From an uncultured Verrucomicrobiae bacterium (GTDB taxonomy: Bacteria; Verrucomicrobiota; Verrucomicrobiia; Chthoniobacterales; UBA10450): a stretch of 64,000 nt of DNA. Made by a program: the position numbers and the translations under genes. Location of the stretch: the NCBI GenBank assembly GCA_963735805.1, contig CAVTMK010000001.1, forward strand, positions 1 through 64,000, written 5' to 3'. The notes under the pieces are model-generated. The model ran no database searches and was not told the DNA's origin. It saw only the letters and a list, made by a program, of their open reading frames with translations. Shown in pieces: positions 20,307 through 30,118 of this stretch (the first letter of the stretch is position 1; every line of letters starts with the position of its first letter).

Positions 20307-21575
20307 ATGGCTTCGGTCCCGGACACATTTGGTAGATCACGTGTTTCCTACGGCAGAGAAGAATGCGTAGCACTTCCTCCGGCTCCTGGAACTGAAATTG
20401 ATTCAGGCCGAAAGGATGATGAAGACGACCTTTGCAAAATTAAATTCGACGATCCGAACGTGATTTTCTGTCCTGCGCTTCACAGCACAAATCCTGGGAC
20501 TGATGTCTACGAATTACCGACTGGAGTTTCAAGAGCATCCTTTGAACAGAAGGAATGCGCCAAGGAGACAAAGAGAAACGCCAACTTTCTAGCAAAATTT
20601 AAGCAATCAACAAGCTGCTCTTACACTCCGGCGATATTAGCTTACGGAAAGGTGGCTGATGCACTCAAAATTCATGTTGATATTCCGGCAGTTGTCTATC
20701 GAACGATGGAACCAGCAGCCCACAAAGGAGTCGAAAAAATGGCCGGCGTCTATGCTCACGGTCTCATACAGCAAACTTGGGCTGGACTCGTTAGCAAAAT
20801 TGCAGCTTCAAGTCCCAAAGTGATGAAGGACGGACTTCTTTACGGAGCAATGGTCGATCATAAGGGTGGAATTGATCACCATCTAACTTTGAATCACAGG
20901 GGTCCCGATCCCAACCCTGCAGCTCCCTTTCTTGCATCTCCAACTTGGGTCATGGCTACGAAAGGCTCAGAGATAAGGAGTCAAATTCCGCCTTCGCTGG
21001 AGACACTCGGGCAAATGATGGCCGTTCGCGATGTAGGTGAAATGGCAATTATCGATCACATATTGGCTCAACAGGACAGGTTCGGAAATGTAGCCAAAAA
21101 GGACAAAATTTTTTGGTTAGAGCAAACAACCGCTGGTCAAAAGCTTCATTCTGTAAAAGCTACGAAGGCAAACAAACCGATTGATGGTACCAATCAAACG
21201 ACAATGCAGCATCTAGACGCGAACCATATCCCTTATGTTCAGTTTCCCGTAATGGTTCTTGCCGACAACGATTGCGGATTGCGGCAAGATAGCAATGTAG
21301 TTCGAAAAAATAATATGGTTCAGCATCTTCGTCACATCAGTTCTAGCGTCTACAAACACGTTCAGAGTTTTGCAAAAACAAATCCGGACGATTTACTCGA
21401 GTATTTTCAAAATCAAACTCTTATGACGAGTGATGAAGCCAAGGGAGTTATTGCACGACTACAGGAAGTGGCCTCAATTCTGAAAAACAACTGTAACAAT
21501 GGAACTCTCCTATTTGATTCAGAGCCAGAAATTTTCCTAGGTATGGAGCCAATCCCACCGAAGAATTGCGAATAA
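20307..21575 (+). CDS. Hypothetical Cys-containing protein with atypical kinase-like motifs (FAM20/Four-jointed-like)
   Basis: AKFKQ, ILAY...IPAVVYR, MAIIDHILAQQDRFGN, LADNDCG. The family assignment rests on motif resemblance only. Confidence 0.55.
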   Translation: MASVPDTFGRSRVSYGREECVALPPAPGTEIDSGRKDDEDDLCKIKFDDPNVIFCPALHSTNPGTDVYELPTGVSRASFEQKECAKETKRNANFLAKFKQSTSCSYTPAILAYGKVADALKIHVDIPAVVYRTMEPAAHKGVEKMAGVYAHGLIQQTWAGLVSKIAASSPKVMKDGLLYGAMVDHKGGIDHHLTLNHRGPDPNPAAPFLASPTWVMATKGSEIRSQIPPSLETLGQMMAVRDVGEMAIIDHILAQQDRFGNVAKKDKIFWLEQTTAGQKLHSVKATKANKPIDGTNQTTMQHLDANHIPYVQFPVMVLADNDCGLRQDSNVVRKNNMVQHLRHISSSVYKHVQSFAKTNPDDLLEYFQNQTLMTSDEAKGVIARLQEVASILKNNCNNGTLLFDSEPEIFLGMEPIPPKNCE

Positions 21576-21689
21576 CTGGATAAAGGCCGGGCAATCTTCA
21601 TGATCTTGGGACGTTGGCGGACTCCGTGTGACTGCGTGCTAGGTGGAAGTGTGTGACTTCCTCTTCCGCTTAGGGAAGATCGCTATTAA

Positions 21690-21714
21690 GCGGGTTCGAT
21701 TCTCGTCCCCGCCT
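21690..21714 (+). other. Degenerate tRNA 3'-end fragment (T-arm plus acceptor strand)
   Basis: GCGGG-TTCGATT-CTCGT-CCCCGCC; no matching 5' half. Confidence 0.4.
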
Positions 21715-21747
21715 GACTGTGTGACTCATCACCATCACGGAGATGTC

Positions 21748-21843
21748 ATCTAACGAAAAAGAGAGAAGTCACGGCAGGGTGTCGTGGCAAACACACTGAA
21801 GTTGCATCGGAATTGGGCCGTTGGTTTCATCGTCTGGTTAGGC
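21748..21843 (-). other. Integron attC site 2 (96 bp)
   Basis: Minus strand GCCTAAC CAGAC GATGAAAC CAACGG ... GTTAGAT; begins 4 bp after the stop of the 21848 gene. Confidence 0.85.
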
Positions 21844-21847
21844 TTCT

Positions 21848-22339
21848 TCATGGGTGGGCTGGACTAGGCTGCTCGCCAGCCTGCGGCGGCAGCAGTCCAT
21901 CGATTTCCGATGCGAAGCGGGGCGAATACAGCGTTCGCACTTCAAACCAGTAATTCACGAACCCAACCGAGCTGGCGAATGTTGCCTTCCAAGCGGCCTT
22001 CTGCCTCGAGTACTCCACCTCGTCATATAAACCTAAGCGAAATTGGTAGTGAACGTCCTCCCAATAGCGCAACAAAGCGTTAGAGCGTAGGCGGAATTGG
22101 AACTGCTCGTCTTCGGTCAGTTGCTCGCCTGCCCCGGCGCGACGTACAACGCTCGCGAGCTGGCTATTGCTCGCAGAGGAGTTGAGCAGCTCGACAATCG
22201 TGGTGGCGAGTTCGTGCCTGACCTGCGCACGCATTAATGTGCGATTCTGTTGCAGCTGCATAATCACCATAAGGAGGCCAACAATTGTGCCTCCGTTTGC
22301 CGCGAGGGCGATCCACTGCATAAGTCGTTCTTTGCTCAT
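21848..22339 (-). CDS. Gene-cassette hypothetical protein with an N-terminal TM helix
   Basis: Fills the space between attC3 and attC2 and is co-oriented with them. Start uncertain (22339-22387). Confidence 0.75.
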   Translation of the reverse strand: MSKERLMQWIALAANGGTIVGLLMVIMQLQQNRTLMRAQVRHELATTIVELLNSSASNSQLASVVRRAGAGEQLTEDEQFQFRLRSNALLRYWEDVHYQFRLGLYDEVEYSRQKAAWKATFASSVGFVNYWFEVRTLYSPRFASEIDGLLPPQAGEQPSPAHP

Positions 22340-22394
22340 CTGCTTGTTTCCGCTCGCGAGGTTCCTATTCATCTGTACGAGAGCCAATGCATTG

Positions 22395-22471
22395 GTCTAA
22401 CGAGAAAGAGATAAGCCGCGGCAGGGTGTCGTGGCAAGCACGCTGAGCTTATCTCGCAATGGGGCCGTTAG
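22395..22471 (-). other. attC site 3, R'/L' portion (interrupted by IS110)
   Basis: Closely matches attC2 and attC5 up to ggggccgttag, then switches abruptly to IS sequence. Confidence 0.85.
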
Positions 22472-22485
22472 TAACTGTCTTGGTT

Positions 22486-23632
<1,147 letters not shown>

Positions 23633-23647
23633 TAAAGAAGATAGAGG

Positions 23648-23666
23648 CTTCATCGTCTGGTGAGAC
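23648..23666 (-). other. attC site 3, R''/L'' portion
   Basis: Plus strand cttcatcgtctggtgagac matches tttcatcgtctggttaggc of attC2; the R'' core carries one substitution. Confidence 0.82.
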
Positions 23667-24036
23667 GCATTGCGCAACCGAATGACCCCCTGAACTGATA
23701 AGTTCAGTGACTAACACTTGGTGATGCCGCACGCCAATCACGAATCATCAAGGGAGCCAGACACCGTGCTGCGGGCGTGTCTCGACTGAACCGATACCGC
23801 TTTCAAGGCTGGAGCTCACGGCTATCGCAATTCAAAAAGCTGGTGTGGCTTCATGTCAAGACGGACATTGAAGGCATGCGTCTCCATCAGATTATCCGCG
23901 AAACCAAGTAGACCGCGCGCGTCACAAAGAGACATCCTGAATCACAGCTAGGGCGCCGTCCGCTACTTCGCGTAAATCGAAAGAGTAAATAAGCTTGCCG
24001 ACGGCGACGACGCAAACTAGAGAAAAATGAGGAGCG

Positions 24037-26058
24037 ATGGAGAAACAGTTCAACCGGTCGTGGACGCGGTTTCACGACGATCCGCGAAGCGTCCTGCTGA
24101 ACCAGGTGCCGGAGGTCGATTATCCGGCGGGCCTCGCTGACCTGATTGGTCTGTGCCGGGACCGGCCACCCGAAGTGCAGCTGCGCGCGGCAGGCAGTCA
24201 CTGGGCGTTGTCCGAAGCGGCGCTCAGCGACCACATCTTCATCGAGACTCACGACCCGCAGGATCTGGTTCCGGCGATGGAGCGCACGCTGCTGGACGTC
24301 GTGCCCGTATGCCTGCACCGGGACTTGCTGCAATCCATGGCGTCAAATGCTTGGCCGTCTCGATATGGCTCACTGATTCACGTCGAGAGCGGCAAGCGCA
24401 TCTACCAGCTTTATTCCGAGCTGGACCAGAAGGACGATGGCTCGAACCCCGCGACCTTGGCTGGCCGCGTGGGCCCTCATTTCGCCGGCCCGTGGGGTAT
24501 CGAGACGTTGGGAAACTCCGGAGGGCAGACGGTGGTGGGCGCCTTCTCCACAGGCACGCACGGCGGTGACTTCGACCGTGGGGCAGTCGCTGACCTAGTA
24601 GTTGCGGTCCACCTGGTTGCCGACGGCGGCCGGCACTACTGGATCGAGCGGGTCGACCAAGAGCGCTACTATCCGCAACTGACGGACGATGCGGCGCTGA
24701 CGATGCTCTATGGGGCCGACGTCTACGGCGGTCCCGGCAACTTCCACATCATCCGCGACAACCAGATCCTAAACGCGGTAGTGGTTTCGGTAGGCCGGTT
24801 TGGAGTGATCTATTCGTCGGTACTGCGGGCCGTACCGCGGTACTCGCTGTGGGAGCGGCGCCGGATGCACTTGTGGCAGGACATCCGGACTCAGATTGAC
24901 GCCAACTCGCCGGGCAATCCGGGCCTGTTTCAGGATACTATTGTCCAGAAGCCCGACGCCATGCAGCGCTTCCTGCAAGTGGTAGTCTGCCTCACACCGC
25001 ACTTGAACTTCATGCGCAACCTAGCCGGAGTGACCAAGCGCTGGGAGATCCCAGTGGCGATGGGACCGGCAGGGCACGCGGAGCGCGTGGGCCAGCGCGA
25101 CGGCGGTCCGAACGAATGTCCCAATTTCACCATGGCCGGAAAGTCGCATGCCTTCACTCCGCAGCCAGACCATCCGGAGCGGGCCGGCGATCCCAGCATG
25201 CTAGAGAAAGCGTGCACGAGCGCCAGTTTCCTGAGCGGGTTGATCTCGGCTGCGATCGACGAGATTGAGGAGTTCGTGGAAAGCCACGGCGCAGCAGTAG
25301 GCGCGGGAGTGGCGGCGGTGGCGGCAGCAGGTGGCGGAGGTCTGCTGGGCCTGCTCGGTCCGCTTGCGCTTGCGGCACTGGCGCTCAAGGAGCTGCTCGA
25401 CGCGCTCGGAGCCGACGACCGGCTAGGCGAGGCCATGGAAAAGATTAAGGATAAGCTTTTGGATCCAGACGAGCCCGATCCGGCCAAACGCGCCGCGGGC
25501 CTCTTTGCCTGGCAGTTGATCGCGTATGAAGTGTTCCAGGCACTGCAGGGTGATCAGGACGCCGCCGCATTGAGCTACGCGATCATGGAAGGCCACGATT
25601 ATTTGGACGTCAGCTGCCAACACAACGTGGCCTCAGTGGAGGTGTTCTTCGACGCCAACGACAGCCGGCTCATCGCCTTCGTCGACGCGCTCATCGCTTT
25701 CGAGATTCAGCAGGAGATGCAGGGCAAGGCCTGCCTCGGATATGCTTCGCTACGGTTCACCGGGCCCACGCGAGCTCTCATCGGCCCGCAGCAATGGGGC
25801 CGCACCTGCGCGGTTGAGGTCTCCGGGCTCAAGGACGTGAGCGGCAGCGAGGAGATGGTGGAATACGCCACCGCACTGGCGCTCAATCCAAACATGGGCG
25901 CGATCCTGCACTGGGGGCAGTACAACCCCTCCACGCGGCCGCAGGTCGAGATGCGGTTCGGATCCAAGCTCGCGGACTGGCGCGCGGCGCTGGCGCAGTT
26001 CAACGGTGGCGGAGGTTTCTCAAGCGCGTTCAGCCGGCGCACTGGGCTCGAGCCCTAA
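24037..26058 (+). CDS. FAD-binding oxidoreductase (ALO/gulonolactone oxidase-like fold) with a hydrophobic insert
   Basis: LRAAGSHWALS, GQTVVGAFSTGTHG, VSVGRFGVI, SLRF, LHWGQ. Confidence 0.8.
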   Translation: MEKQFNRSWTRFHDDPRSVLLNQVPEVDYPAGLADLIGLCRDRPPEVQLRAAGSHWALSEAALSDHIFIETHDPQDLVPAMERTLLDVVPVCLHRDLLQSMASNAWPSRYGSLIHVESGKRIYQLYSELDQKDDGSNPATLAGRVGPHFAGPWGIETLGNSGGQTVVGAFSTGTHGGDFDRGAVADLVVAVHLVADGGRHYWIERVDQERYYPQLTDDAALTMLYGADVYGGPGNFHIIRDNQILNAVVVSVGRFGVIYSSVLRAVPRYSLWERRRMHLWQDIRTQIDANSPGNPGLFQDTIVQKPDAMQRFLQVVVCLTPHLNFMRNLAGVTKRWEIPVAMGPAGHAERVGQRDGGPNECPNFTMAGKSHAFTPQPDHPERAGDPSMLEKACTSASFLSGLISAAIDEIEEFVESHGAAVGAGVAAVAAAGGGGLLGLLGPLALAALALKELLDALGADDRLGEAMEKIKDKLLDPDEPDPAKRAAGLFAWQLIAYEVFQALQGDQDAAALSYAIMEGHDYLDVSCQHNVASVEVFFDANDSRLIAFVDALIAFEIQQEMQGKACLGYASLRFTGPTRALIGPQQWGRTCAVEVSGLKDVSGSEEMVEYATALALNPNMGAILHWGQYNPSTRPQVEMRFGSKLADWRAALAQFNGGGGFSSAFSRRTGLEP

Positions 26059-26071
26059 TAGGAAGAAGAAC

Positions 26072-26465
26072 ATGGAACCGATTCTGATCTTCTACGGCCC
26101 TTGGACGATTGAAGTGACGGATCTGATCCTTGGCGCCGGCGCGCCAGCGATGCGATTGAGCCTCGATAGGGCCGGAGCTGCGGATGAGACCTATCTGAAC
26201 CCGCCGATCGGTCACTTTGCTGGAGGCCGACGGACCTGAGTGGATTCTGAAGGTGGAGGTCTCATTCGACCTGCAGCCGTTCCAGGCGCTGGAGCCCACT
26301 AGGGAGTTCGCGTTCGATCCGAACCGCGGCATGACGGCGAGGGTGAAAGCGGGCCGCCTGAGCCCCGCGTTCAGCGCCGCCATCGGCCTGCACATGACCG
26401 CCCACGACCCCGAGATGCGAGCGCGCCCCGTCAACCCTTACGACTTCACCATTCAAGGTGGATAA
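26072..26465 (+). CDS. Hypothetical protein, frameshifted near 26215
   Basis: MEPILIFYGPWTIEV... continues in the frame of ORF 26217-26465; RBS-like GGAAG upstream. Confidence 0.55.
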
Positions 26466-26501
26466 GAGATACCCGCGATGGCAGTTCCGCATCACCGTTT
26501 G

Positions 26502-26530
26502 GCCTAACCAGGCACTGGAGCCAACCGTCT
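26502..26530 (+). other. Truncated attC left half in the opposite orientation
   Basis: GCCTAAC CAGGC ACTGGAGC CAAC (R'', spacer, L''); no matching right arm. Confidence 0.55.
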
Positions 26531-26563
26531 CGGCGGATACCTGCGCCGCAAGTGGTCAACAAT

Positions 26564-26657
26564 CCCTAAGAGAAAGAGATAAAGGCACGACAGGGTGTCG
26601 CGGGCAAGCGCGCTGAACTTGTCTCGGAATGGGGTTGGCTGCGTCGTCTGGTTAAGC
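26564..26657 (-). other. attC site 4 (degenerate)
   Basis: Same family as attC2/3/5 (agaaagagataa...cagggtgtcg..gcaagcgcgctga...cgtctggttaagc) with damaged cores. Confidence 0.72.
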
Positions 26658-26685
26658 GCCATCGCTATCATCACGTAGTCAGCTA

Positions 26686-27669
26686 TTAGCGTTTGATCCC
26701 AGCGGCTTTAATGATCTGCGCCGCACTTTCACTCTCACTTAGCACGAAGCGCGCGAACTCGGGCTGCCTCATATTCATCGGCTCGCCTCCGTGCTTGACA
26801 ATCCAGTCGCGCAGATCATGCCCGGCCAGCACGTATCCAATATCCTTCACAAGCTTGTCAATCACTACGGCCGAAGTGCTAGCCGGCGCCCATACCCCAT
26901 ACCAAATGGGGAAGTCGAAACCGGCGACACCAGCCTCGGCGATTGTTGGAACCTCCGGTAGCAAGGACGAGCGTCGCGCGCCGCTCACGCCCAAGGCACG
27001 AAGTCTGCCTTTCCGAATATCGGGCAGAGCGAGCGGAATGGGCGCCATAATGTAAGTGGTGTCCCCAGCGATGTTGTGTGCGATTACGTCAGCGATTGCA
27101 TCGCTTCGTCCGGCAGGAATGTGCACAGCCTTGATACCGACCGCGAGATTGAATTTCTCTATCCCCAAGTGTGTGCCGGTGCCGATTCCAGTGGAACCGA
27201 ACTTGAGTTGACCGGGCTTTGACCTCGCCGCCGCGATGAGTTCTCCGAGCGTGGTAATACCAGCCGACTCGCCCGCGACAAGCACGTACGGCTGGCCGGT
27301 TAATGGAGTGATCGGAATGAAGTCCTTCAACGGATTATATGGGAGGTCTTTTGAGAGTGCGGCGCTGTATGCCTGAGCGCTGGTATTCACAAGCAGCGTG
27401 TAACCGTCGGGCAGTGACTTCGCGACCTGCGCGGGGCCCGCCGTGGCTCCGGCCCCGGGGATGTTCTCCACTGTCACTGGCTGGCCCCACAGCTTAGAGA
27501 GCTGCTGGGCGAGGGCACGGGCCAGCAGATCAGGTCCGCCGCCTGCCCCAAATGGCTCGATTATTAAGACCGGTTTCGTTGGATACTGTTCTGTGACCCC
27601 AGGCATATCTGCTCCGGCACAGGCTACGAGGACAAATATGAGTCTGATCCATCTCGTGCTTCGTCTCAC
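26686..27669 (-). CDS. Bug/TctC family tripartite tricarboxylate transporter substrate-binding protein (gene cassette)
   Basis: YPTKPV..PFGAGGGPDLLAR, VENIPGAG, PDGYTLL, LRALGVS, PEVPTIAEAG. Start moved to GTG 27669 because the longer ORF starts inside attC5. Confidence 0.92.
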   Translation of the reverse strand: MRRSTRWIRLIFVLVACAGADMPGVTEQYPTKPVLIIEPFGAGGGPDLLARALAQQLSKLWGQPVTVENIPGAGATAGPAQVAKSLPDGYTLLVNTSAQAYSAALSKDLPYNPLKDFIPITPLTGQPYVLVAGESAGITTLGELIAAARSKPGQLKFGSTGIGTGTHLGIEKFNLAVGIKAVHIPAGRSDAIADVIAHNIAGDTTYIMAPIPLALPDIRKGRLRALGVSGARRSSLLPEVPTIAEAGVAGFDFPIWYGVWAPASTSAVVIDKLVKDIGYVLAGHDLRDWIVKHGGEPMNMRQPEFARFVLSESESAAQIIKAAGIKR

Positions 27670-27686
27670 GATGTGCTCTTTGTTCC

Positions 27687-27782
27687 GCCTAACTAGAAAG
27701 AGATAAGCAACGGCGGGGTGTCGTGGCAAGCGCGCTGTGGTTGCTTCGTAACGGGGCCGTTTGCTTCATCAGCTGGTTAGAT
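27687..27782 (-). other. attC site 5 (96 bp)
   Basis: Minus strand ATCTAAC CAGCT GATGAAGC AAACGG ... GCTTATC TCTTTCTA GTTAGGC. Confidence 0.85.
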
Positions 27783-27807
27783 GCTTTCATTCGCAACTCA
27801 TTGCTCA

Positions 27808-27891
27808 CATGATGCTGTGATCAACGTTTATGATGAATCGGGCAAGCTGATCGAAGTGCATCGGCACAAGGGCGACCTCCAAGCGCCATGA
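27808..27891 (+). pseudogene. C-terminal remnant of a small protein family (HDAVIxVYDExGxxIExHxHxGD)
   Basis: Translates HDAVINVYDESGKLIEVHRHKGDLQAP*. Resembles a small multicopy Chthoniobacterales hypothetical (from recall, not a search). Confidence 0.4.
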
Positions 27892-28009
27892 ACGCAAAGT
27901 TATTTTTCACATGGGCTGCAAACCGGCGCACAAAGGCGACAGTCGCCGAGTTCACCAGCCGAGCTCGTCGTACAAACACCTCGTCCTAAGTCAGCGACAG
28001 TCCGCCCGT

Positions 28010-28189
28010 TTACGGCGTCGGTGAAGGCGCAGGATTCCTATATATATGGCCACTGGACGTCTTCACATGGCTCTTTGTTGGAGTGGGTGACGGTGCCGTC
28101 GTAGTTGCGGTCGTTCCCTGCTGCTGACAAGAAGCGATGAAAGCCATCGCAATGATGGCCCACAGTAAACACAATATGTACGTCTTCAT
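28010..28189 (-). CDS. Small 59-aa lipoprotein
   Basis: Manual translation MKTYILCLLWAIIAMAFIAS-CQQQGTTATTTAPSPTP...; below the ORF-track cutoff. Confidence 0.65.
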   Translation of the reverse strand: MKTYILCLLWAIIAMAFIASCQQQGTTATTTAPSPTPTKSHVKTSSGHIYRNPAPSPTP

Positions 28190-28485
28190 AGGTTCTTAGT
28201 TTTCAGATCGAGTAACTCAGAATGTCAAGCTTTGTTTCGATTTAGAAACGGCGCAGATCCTTGTTAGTCCAGTAAGTCCTTGTCCTACAAAAGTGTAGGG
28301 TTTTTCCGATGGCCGCATGGCTATCGCTTGGCTGCAAAATCCATCTTGACACCGTTCCGGGATGGAGGGGAGGATCGGCCCGCGCCAAGTTGTTTAGGCG
28401 TCCTCCCGAAAGAGCTCCACCTGACCTGCTTTCCGCAGGAGTTAACCGTGAACGAAAGGCTCGTTCACACAAACAAAGAAAATAT

Positions 28486-29124
28486 ATGAAAACATTAAGG
28501 AATATTATCCATCTCGCGTTCGCGCTGATAGCGTTCGCTTTCCTTGGGCTTACCGCTTCAGTCCGAGCAGTCAGTCCGCCTCCGGACGTAGGCCATCCAG
28601 GCGGCAACACGGCCGAGGAAGATAATGTCCTCCCGGACCTTAGCGCTGAGACGGAAAGCGGTGCGATGGGGCACGCAGCTAACGACCCTAACCACCGGGT
28701 AATTCACATTAATTTTACAAGGTTGATCCCCCGCCCGTGCGGTCTCGAGATTGTCGAACTACGCGGCCAATTGCACCTCTCGTTCGCGCTTGTGGAAATT
28801 CAGGGCCAGCGCGTCGTTATGCCCACGAACATAAAGGTAGAAGCGTTCAGTGGCACTGGCAAAAGCATTGGTCGTAAGTATGAGGCAGGTAGAGTGCACT
28901 TCCTCCCCGTAAAGACGACAAAACTAAATGGGCTTGGAGCCGGCGAGTTCCGACTCAGGATTCAGGTTACCGGTCATCCCAAGTCTCAAGGCGACCCTAA
29001 CCCCTCAAAAGTCGTCCGCTTTAGACTTGTATACAAGGTAGTCTACGACTGGGGTCCTGACAATAAGGTGACTAGGCTGGCCCCCGCCCCCGGTGACCCT
29101 GAAATCTTTTGCGGGCATGAATGA
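28486..29124 (+). CDS. Secreted protein with an S74-family leader (AVSPPPDxGxPGGNTAE) fused to an unrelated beta domain
   Basis: MKTLRNIIHLAFALIAFAFLGLTASVRA-VSPPPDVGHPGGNTAEE matches the N-terminus of 59935-61269. Confidence 0.75.
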   Translation: MKTLRNIIHLAFALIAFAFLGLTASVRAVSPPPDVGHPGGNTAEEDNVLPDLSAETESGAMGHAANDPNHRVIHINFTRLIPRPCGLEIVELRGQLHLSFALVEIQGQRVVMPTNIKVEAFSGTGKSIGRKYEAGRVHFLPVKTTKLNGLGAGEFRLRIQVTGHPKSQGDPNPSKVVRFRLVYKVVYDWGPDNKVTRLAPAPGDPEIFCGHE

Positions 29125-29148
29125 GATTGAGGGCAAGATTTGGGCCGT

Positions 29149-29232
29149 CTCGACGAGCAGGCAGCGCAAATCCAGAACGTGAGCGCTCAGCCTGAAGCGA
29201 GCAAACCTGCGCCGCAAACCGTCCTGAACAGC
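29149..29232 (+). pseudogene. Orphaned C-terminal coiled-coil tail of an S74-family gene
   Basis: LDEQAAQIQNVSAQPEASKPAPQTVLNS lies after the stop; compare VKRQAVLIQKVNERLESSKAVVRILADSQ at the end of the 59935 gene. Confidence 0.6.
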
Positions 29233-29651
29233 CCTCCTGCTTTACGTTCACGCGCGCGCGCGTAATCTGAAAGCCGTTGACACAATGTTGACAGTACCAC
29301 GGTCGCTTTTGGTCACAAGCGTTCGCTTATGTTAGCAACCATACGAGGGAGCAAAAATGCCACGAGGGGCAAACACTAGATTTTAAGTCCCGTGCTCTGC
29401 CGACTGATTTACGAAATATCTGCAAACGAGAGAGGCAACAAACTATTGCCACGCCATTTTTCAGCCAACGCCATTTGGAATCTGTAGCGTATTCGGTAAC
29501 GTCACGCCGCACGCTAGGAGACTAAGATGGTTAAGAGTCAGTTGTTATCGCTGCCCCTGGATTCTCGATCAGTTCAGTCGTCGCCACTTATTGCCAGATA
29601 AATGTCGCCTTAAGATGGGAATTGGCTGCTTCTGGCAACTTCACGTGAGTC

Positions 29652-29675
29652 TTTTTCCCTCGTGCGAGGGAAAAA
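29652..29675. terminator. Perfect hairpin, bidirectional terminator-like
   Basis: TTTTTCCCTCG-TG-CGAGGGAAAAA. Confidence 0.6.
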
Positions 29676-29683
29676 TGTCCGGA

Positions 29684-29721
29684 TTAGGAAACCCTCGTTC
29701 TATCCGTTGAACTACGGGAAC
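29684..29721 (-). tRNA. 5' half of tRNA-Arg(CCT), truncated after the anticodon loop
   Basis: GTTCCCG TA GTTC AACGGATA GAAC G AGGGT TTCCTAA; no T-arm or 3' acceptor strand follows. Confidence 0.75.
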
Positions 29722-30118
29722 TAATACATTTCGCCGAGCCAGTAAGCGGTTGGAATTCCCGCTGTTCTCCTATTTTAACTCGCTTTTGCATTATCTCTAA
29801 AATTAGAAATGGCAAATAGTGCACTTTCGTTTCCTCAACGCTTGGAAAAATCTCTCTCATTTGTCATCACGTCTCTTCACAAAACGGTCGGTTTGTAACA
29901 ATTCCAACCACGGACAGATGCCAGCCTCGATTAGATCGAAACACACGACAATTTTCTCTAAACGATCGCTCCGATCGCGTTTGGTTTTTATCTCCAAAAG
30001 GGGTGATTCAAAGTCAACTGACTTTGAATCAGATGCTTGAGTTCGAGTCAGATGCCCAAACCACCGGCTTGCCTAACCGCAGACTACAGTTATGCCGGCA
30101 ACTCCAGGAAATACCGGC

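Noticed and set aside
27670..27729. N-terminal extension of the Bug ORF (MPRHPAVAYLFLVRR)
   Set aside because: It is translated attC5 sequence.
29528..29546. tRNA-Lys(CTT)-like anticodon loop (CTGACTCTTAA) on the minus strand
   Set aside because: The match is only about 11 nt and has no complete stem or other arms.
29300..29683. Group I intron in tRNA-Arg(CCT)
   Set aside because: I found no 3' exon (T-arm plus acceptor strand) downstream and no recognisable intron core.
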